Origin: a virus
Taxonomy: Duplodnaviria; Caudoviricetes
Length of the DNA stretch: 35,482 bases
Virus record (IMG/VR): IMGVR_UViG_3300025270_001763
Span: 1-35,482 of that record
Strand: one strand, 5' to 3'
Part shown: piece by piece, positions 26,144 to 32,800 of the stretch
How the letters are laid out: every line of letters starts with the position of its first letter
Numbering within the stretch: the stretch's first letter is position 1
The notes under the pieces: generated by a model
Database searches by the model: none
What the model was told of the DNA's origin: nothing
Seen by the model: only the letters and a program-made list of their open reading frames with translations
Position numbers and translations under genes: made by a program

Positions 26144-27256
26144 ATGGCACTAGCAGCAAATGACAATAGAAGAGTTTTTTGGGCTTGTACATCCGTATCG
26201 TTCTGTGTTCACGGTCAGGAAGTCGATAACGCGCATGCTGGCGGGGGAACCGACTGCCAAGTGGCGTATGGTGTACAGAGCGTGGGTGTTACAACAACTT
26301 TTAACCTTGAACAAGTATTCGAATTAGGTCAAATTGGAATCTACGAAAACGTAGAAGAAGTTCCCGATATCGAAATAACTATAGAAAAGGTACTGGATGG
26401 CAGTTACCTACTTTACGATCTAGCTACGCTAGGGGGCACCGGCGGAAACGTTCACATGGTGAATGAGGCCAACGCTAGAAAAGACGTGTATTTCCTGATC
26501 TCAGATGAGGTAGATGACTCTGTTAACAAGCACGGAATGATTTGTTATTGTTCTGGCATGTATGTTTCTTCATTCAGCTACACGCTTCCAAACGAGGGTA
26601 ACTGTACAGAATCCATAACCCTTGTTGGAAACGACAAGTTGTGGAAATCCGGCGCTAAGCATCGAGGGACAGGTCACGGAGGAGCCGCCGGGGGCGCGGC
26701 TGAAGACGCTAATCGTCTTGATCATATCTCTGCCGTTCACGGCACTGCTGTCACAAACAATTTTGGTGATATTGGTTCAGAAGACGTGCCCGGCGCTGAT
26801 GGCATTCAAAGACGTGAAAACGTTAACCTGACAGCCAGCATTCTTCCAGATGACATTTTTGGCGTTACTGCGAATGCTGCGGGTGGAGCAAATAACGATT
26901 TTGTTCACCTCAACAGTATCAGCATTAACGGCGATCTTGGTAGAGAAGCTATTAATGAATTGGGCAGCAAGCTTCCTTACTACAGATATGTCACCTTCCC
27001 AGTTGAAATCGGTTGTGACATTGAAGTAACTACAATTTCTGGTGACTTGGTTGATGCTGGTAGTCACAGAGATAACTTGAACAATCAGAGAATCTTTATT
27101 GAGTTGACTGATAGCACCTATCTGGATCTTGGAACCAAAAACAAGCTACAAAGTGTAACTTACACGGGAGCCAGTACGGGTGGTGAAAATGCTACCGTTA
27201 CATATAGCTATCAAGGATTCAATAGTTTCACCGCTAACGGGCCAAGCACCGCGTGA
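26144..27256 (+). CDS. Major tail (tube) protein
   Basis: GVQSVG.TT.FNLEQVFELGQ and later REAINELG (two tube-like halves); own promoter motif, strong RBS, downstream hairpin. Confidence 0.75.
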   Translation: MALAANDNRRVFWACTSVSFCVHGQEVDNAHAGGGTDCQVAYGVQSVGVTTTFNLEQVFELGQIGIYENVEEVPDIEITIEKVLDGSYLLYDLATLGGTGGNVHMVNEANARKDVYFLISDEVDDSVNKHGMICYCSGMYVSSFSYTLPNEGNCTESITLVGNDKLWKSGAKHRGTGHGGAAGGAAEDANRLDHISAVHGTAVTNNFGDIGSEDVPGADGIQRRENVNLTASILPDDIFGVTANAAGGANNDFVHLNSISINGDLGREAINELGSKLPYYRYVTFPVEIGCDIEVTTISGDLVDAGSHRDNLNNQRIFIELTDSTYLDLGTKNKLQSVTYTGASTGGENATVTYSYQGFNSFTANGPSTA

Positions 27257-27267
27257 TCGGTAAATAA

Positions 27268-27344
27268 TTAAGAGTCAGTGCGTGTTGCGATAGCCCAAAA
27301 TATTGATAAAACGGATAGGCAAGTGGACGTGCTGACTTTTTTAA
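27268..27344 (+). terminator. Long hairpin with U-tract after the major tail gene (terminator/attenuator or structured RNA)
   Basis: AAGAGTCAGTGCGT pairs with ACGTGCTGACTTTT (14 bp, 3 G-U); inner TTGC/GCAA helix. Confidence 0.65.
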
Positions 27345-27423
27345 CTCTATAGGGAATTGTATTGGAAAAGGAAAAGGACCATGAAGATGACTCATTTAGA
27401 ATTCCCGTTAGTAAGCGTCTCAA

Positions 27424-28461
27424 ATGAAACCTTATGAGCGGGAATTTTTTATAGCTAGGATATACGCGGGGTATTTGGTTTATAAATCAAATGCCGGTTA
27501 TGATTTACATATTCATTCCCCGACAGTAACTGAGAAATACAAATCTCATATGGCTTATCAAGAAGCCTATAATTTAGCTATTATTAATAATGTATTTACC
27601 GAAGAGGACATGTTTAATATTCTTTACGAGAATAATTTTTGGAATAATAGACATGAGCGAATTTTGAAGACCATACAAGAAGATATTGAAAAATTAAAAG
27701 TTGGTATATTTAAAGCGGGATTTAAAAAAGAACTACAGTCGAACATAAGAAAAAATCTACGAAGAGCAGAAGAAAAATTAGGAGAACTGTTTAAACGAAA
27801 ACATTCGTATTCATTTGTTACATGCGAAGGCTATGCTACTGCTGAACAAACTAAATGGATTGTTAAAAATACCACTCGTTATATAGACGGTTCTCCCTAT
27901 GATTGGATTGATGAAGATGTTTCTGGTTTGACACATTTTTATCAACAAGAACAAATATCAGATAAGAACTTAAGAGAAATCGCAAAAAGTCCAGAATATA
28001 GACATATTTGGTCCTCTTCTAAAATCGAAGGAAAAATTTTTAACAAAAGTGGATTTGAAATGAGTGTAGATCAAAAGACTTTAATAACCTATTCTTCAAT
28101 GTATGATAATGTTTATGAATCTATGGATTGTCCCTCAGATAGTGTAATAGACGACGACGATGCGTTGGACGGCTGGTTTATAGTGCAAAGAAAAAAGAGA
28201 GAACAGCAGACTAAAGAAGCGGGAATGGATGATATAACAGGTGCAGATATGGGTAACGCAAATGAAATTTTTGTAATGACAGACGATGCCAAAAGCGTGT
28301 ATGAACTTAATGACCCAATCTCCAAAGGAATTGTAAAAAGTAGAAGGGAACAAGTTGAAGAGCAAGGCGAAGTTAAATATCAGAACTTTGGAGATGTTAA
28401 ACGTGAAATACAAATGCAGGCGGCTAGACAGCAATCTACAACTCTAAAAGGAAATAAATAA
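27424..28461 (+). CDS. Hypothetical protein, putative tail assembly chaperone
   Basis: Position between tube and tape measure; YDNVYES.DCP...IDDDDALDGW resembles the C-terminal part of tail chaperones. Confidence 0.55.
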   Translation: MKPYEREFFIARIYAGYLVYKSNAGYDLHIHSPTVTEKYKSHMAYQEAYNLAIINNVFTEEDMFNILYENNFWNNRHERILKTIQEDIEKLKVGIFKAGFKKELQSNIRKNLRRAEEKLGELFKRKHSYSFVTCEGYATAEQTKWIVKNTTRYIDGSPYDWIDEDVSGLTHFYQQEQISDKNLREIAKSPEYRHIWSSSKIEGKIFNKSGFEMSVDQKTLITYSSMYDNVYESMDCPSDSVIDDDDALDGWFIVQRKKREQQTKEAGMDDITGADMGNANEIFVMTDDAKSVYELNDPISKGIVKSRREQVEEQGEVKYQNFGDVKREIQMQAARQQSTTLKGNK

Positions 28462-28841
28462 TGGATGATAACTTTCAGGATCTAGTGAGGCAGTCTGAGG
28501 ATTTTAAGCGTGTAAAACAAGATAGGTATTTAGACTCTTCTAAAGACAGGCTATTAAAGATAGGAAAGAAAAAAATTCAGACTACTATGATTGGTGCCCT
28601 GAGTACTATAGAAGACAAGTTTGGATTTTTATGGGGGAAAGACACGGATGGCGATTTAGCCCCGGAACAGCAACATATGAAAGATTTGTATGAAGAAGTA
28701 AGGTCAGAAATTTTGGACAGGGGAAATAACCAAATGCGTAATTTGGAGGCTGAATTTGCACAATACAGCATTAAATGGTTAAGATATTCTTTTCAACTTC
28801 CGGTAGCACCGGTAAAACAAACCGTAACAGATATGGACTAA
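28461..28841 (+). CDS. Hypothetical protein
   Basis: 126-aa helical ORF; TAATG overlap. Confidence 0.7.
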   Translation: MDDNFQDLVRQSEDFKRVKQDRYLDSSKDRLLKIGKKKIQTTMIGALSTIEDKFGFLWGKDTDGDLAPEQQHMKDLYEEVRSEILDRGNNQMRNLEAEFAQYSIKWLRYSFQLPVAPVKQTVTDMD

Positions 28842-28851
28842 GGAGGAACGA

Positions 28852-29784
28852 ATGGCTGATGACACGAAAAAAAGAGAAACTGTAGAATCTGAAGATTCTA
28901 ATGGTAATAAGGTAACCGTTGTGGTTCGACCCCCAACCGCGAAAGATAAAAACGGGGCACAACTACAATACCTAAAGTCCTTCAGGCAGGCTTTAGAAAG
29001 CGGGGCAATTTTGAAGCAAAAGCTTGATGACCACCTTCAAGAACAGGGTGTCTGGGACGAAGCTAAACAAAAAGAGTATGAAAAGGTCTTGAAGACTATC
29101 AACGAGGGTGAACGAAAGCTTCAAAAGGGTGGTATTAAGCTTGAAGAAGCTAAAGCGCTTGCCTTTTCTATGAAGGAAGCACGGCTTGAGTTTAGAGCAT
29201 TAATAGCGGAAAGAAGTGTGATGGACGCCAACACCGCTGAAAGTCAGGCAGACAATGCTAGTTTTGATTATTTAGCTTCTGTTTGTATTATTGACTCTAA
29301 AAACCAACCTATTTTTAGCAGTCTTGAGGAGTATCAAGATAACGGAGATGAACCATATGTTGCTGCTGCCGCAGGAAAGCTGGCAGAAAAGCTCTATAAG
29401 CTTGATCCAAACTATGACAAGGGATTGCCAGAGAACGAGTTCCTAGTTAAATATAAGTTTGCAGACGAAGAGCTAAGGCTTATAAATAAAGACGGCAGTT
29501 TCGTGGACGATGAAGGCCGTCTTGTAAATGAGGAGGGTCGATTCGTTGACGAAGAGGGTAATTTTGTCGATGCCGAAGGTAATCCAGTTACTGAAGAGGG
29601 GAAATACAATAGTGAGTTTTCTCCCTTTCTAGATGACGACGGTAAGCCAATCGTTGAGACAGAGGAAGAACCAGAAGTAACTGGTGATATTTCAGAAGAT
29701 GAGGGAGAGGTTGAAAAAAAAGCTGCTCCCAAGAAGAAAAAGAAGGTTGCAGAAAAAGTAGAAGCAGAAGTATCTGAAGGCTAA
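28852..29784 (+). CDS. Putative tail assembly chaperone with acidic 7-aa repeats
   Basis: AAGGAGG RBS; directly before the tape measure; (F/L)V(D/N)xEG repeats at 29479-29604. Confidence 0.6.
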   Translation: MADDTKKRETVESEDSNGNKVTVVVRPPTAKDKNGAQLQYLKSFRQALESGAILKQKLDDHLQEQGVWDEAKQKEYEKVLKTINEGERKLQKGGIKLEEAKALAFSMKEARLEFRALIAERSVMDANTAESQADNASFDYLASVCIIDSKNQPIFSSLEEYQDNGDEPYVAAAAGKLAEKLYKLDPNYDKGLPENEFLVKYKFADEELRLINKDGSFVDDEGRLVNEEGRFVDEEGNFVDAEGNPVTEEGKYNSEFSPFLDDDGKPIVETEEEPEVTGDISEDEGEVEKKAAPKKKKKVAEKVEAEVSEG

Positions 29785-29797
29785 AAACAATACGGTT

Positions 29798-29851
29798 AGT
29801 GGGCATGCTGGATAGCGTATTTTATAACGCTCCCGGTATGTCCATTTTTTT
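29798..29851 (+). terminator. G-U-rich hairpin with U7 tract just upstream of the tape measure gene
   Basis: AGTGGGCATGCTGG/CCGGTATGTCCATT plus AGCGT/ACGCT inner helix, followed by TTTTTTT. Confidence 0.75.
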
Positions 29852-29865
29852 AGAGAGCCTAAACA

Positions 29866-32800
29866 ATGGCAGGTAAATTTGTTTTAACCGCCGAGATTAA
29901 TCTTCAATCTCCTAAAAACCTGAGCAAGGTAGCCTCCGACATAAATAAGGCGTTAGGGGGATCTGCTACCATTAATGTAGACGTTAAGGGTAGTGGTAAA
30001 TCAGCAGCACAATTGAAGCGTATCGAAACGCAGACCAAAAAGGCCGGTGAAGCAGCAAAACAAGCTGGTAGTGACTTTACGAAACTAGGAAGGTCTTTAA
30101 GTGAGGCTGTAGTTTATATCGCCAAATACGATGTGGCTAGACGTATTGTGGTGGCTTTTTCTAATGCCGTAAGGAATGCTACTAGTGAGGCGGTCAAGTT
30201 TGAAAGAGAGCTAATTAAAGTATCTCAAGTAACTGGAAAAAGTATTGAGGACTTGAGAGGGCTGACTAGGGAAATTACCAGATTGGCTGTAGGCTTTGGC
30301 GTTTCCTCTAAATCCCTTATTAAGACCACTCGTATATTGGCTCAAACCGGGTTAACCGCTAAGGAAACTAGGTCGGCTTTAGAAGCTCTAGCAAAAAGTA
30401 CTCTAGCTCCCACTTTTGATGACATTACCAGCACGGCAGAAACTAGTATCGCTGCGATGTCTCAGTTTGGTATAAAAGCTAAAGAGTTAGAAAAATTGCT
30501 AGGACGTATTAATGCAGTGGCCGGTAAGTTTGCTGTTGAGGCTGGTGATATCGGTGTTGCTATTAGAAGGGCCGGTGGAGCATTCAAATCTGCTGGTGGC
30601 GAAATAGAAGAATTGATTGCGTTATTCACTTCTGTGAGAAGCACCACGCGAGAAACGGCAGAAACTATCGCAACTGGTTTCAGGACCATTTTCACTAGGA
30701 TGCAAAGACCTTCAACTATCCGATTCTTAAAAGAGTTTGGGGTTAATTTACAGAATTTAGAAGGAAAGTTTGTTGGTCCTTATGAAGCTGTTAGAAGATT
30801 AAATGTTGCGTTGAAAGGCTTAGACCCAAGAGACGTTAGGTATTCTCAGATAGTTGAACAGCTTGGTGGTTTTAGACAGGTATCTAAAGTTATCCCATTA
30901 ATTCAGCAATTCGACAAAGCTCAATCGGCTCTTAATGTTACAATGAAGGGTGGAGGATCTTTAGCGAAAGACGCTCAAACTGCACAAGCTTCCCTAGCTG
31001 TTCAATTTACAAAAACTAAAGAATCTTTTACGGCATTGATAAGAGAGATTTCAGAAGACAAGGCTCTCAGGGGAATGATTGATATAGCCTTAAAGATGGC
31101 TGAAGCCTTTCTTAATGCTGTCAAGGCCATTAAACCTCTTATACCTCTTTTACTTGCGATGTCGGCTATCAAATTAGGCGCGGGTGTTGCTAGCTTTGTC
31201 GGGGGAAGAGCAGGAAGAGGTAATAGACCAAGAGGGGGCGCTATACCCGGAGTGTTTGGGTTTAGTAAAGGGGGTTTCGTTCCCGGTAAAGGCAACAGAG
31301 ATACTGTGCCTGCAATGTTGGAACCGGGTGAGTTTGTAGTTTCTAGAAGGGGCGTTAGTTCTGTTGGCGCCGGTGCCCTGCAAGGGATTAATAGGTATGC
31401 GGGTGGCGGGAGGGTTGTTCCTGTAGGCGGCAAGGTACAGGGGTTTAAATCGGCTACTGTGCAGAGAAGTGTTCGTACCCCGGATAAAAAACAGCATGGT
31501 AAGAGTGCAGATGCCCTTTTTAATGCAGCAGAGCACGTATTTAATCCAAATGATAGCGTAAGGTTTAGGTTTACTAATACGCCATACAATGCAGATGTAG
31601 CGATAGGCAGTATTCAGTCTAAAAAGAAAGCAAAGTTGGCTCAGGAATTTGCCTATGGGAATATTCGTACTCGTGGAAGGGCATACGAAGAAATACTTAT
31701 TGGCGATAAAAAGATGGAGAAATCGAGTGATACAGGTGGGAGCAAGCCATTTGATGGAAAAATGGGCAGTGGTTGGATAGAAGCTAAAAGCCGCACGGGT
31801 AGCTCATCACGTTTGTTCTCAGAAGTAGGCGGTAAGGCCCTTCGGCAGAAGTTGATAGGCAATAGAAAAATAGGAAAAATGACAGCAGCCGCAGAAAATA
31901 TCCTGCTTAAGGAGATGACTGTACAATTGTATAGAGACGATCCCACAGTAAGCAGGGGAGGTATGAGAAAAAAACTTAAAGATTTCAAGAACTCTAGAAG
32001 AGGACGGGAATTAGGATTTGCGGGTACTAAAAGGACTAAAAAAGCGAAAGGGGGAGCGATTGGTGGTGGTGGTGGCGATACCGTACCAGCCTTGTTGACC
32101 CCCGGTGAGTTTGTAATTAATAAAAAATCTGCTGGAGCTTATGGTTACAGTAACCTTGGCGCTATTAATAGGTATGCTGGTGGCGGTGTCGTTAGCGGCG
32201 GTAAACATCGCTACGCAAGTCCACCCCCGACAAGAACCCCGATGCAAGCCAGACTACTCGAAGCCCAAAAGTTAGGCCAAAAGGTGGAGAAAACCAGCGA
32301 TGTCTTCTCAAACACCCGGAAAAAACTCGACACTCTCGGAAACGAGTTCGATAAAGTAGCTCAAGAAATGAGAGAGTTGACGGATGCTAGCGGTGAGCTA
32401 GTATTTACCGAAGAGGATATAAATAGAGAAGCAAGCAAACTAGTGACACAGATAAAGAAAGAGGCTAGAGCAAGAAAAGACGGTACGGAAACTAGCAGGA
32501 AAACCATTACTAGCGAAAGACTGCTTGCCGGAAGCAATAAGAAATTAGAAGCAGAGCGTAAAAAGGCCGATCCGGCCACGGGTGCGGGGCAAAGGGGAGT
32601 TAAAAGGGGTGTAGATATTACTTCTACGCTTTTTCTTGCTTCTGCTATATCAGCAACTGTTCAAAGCTTTGTCGATGTCGATAGTGCGACGGGTAAATTT
32701 GTTACGTCATTGACTTCTATTATTACAACGTTTGGCACCCTGTTGGCTGTTACTACAATGCTGATAGGATCGAAAATAGCTGAAAATGCGATTACGAAAG

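Noticed and set aside
29713-29722. A-AAA-AAA slippery site as a tail-chaperone -1 frameshift
   Set aside because: The -1 frame stops at TGA about 55 nt later, so there is no G/GT-type extension. The GGGAAAG near 28634 is not in X-XXY-YYZ phase.
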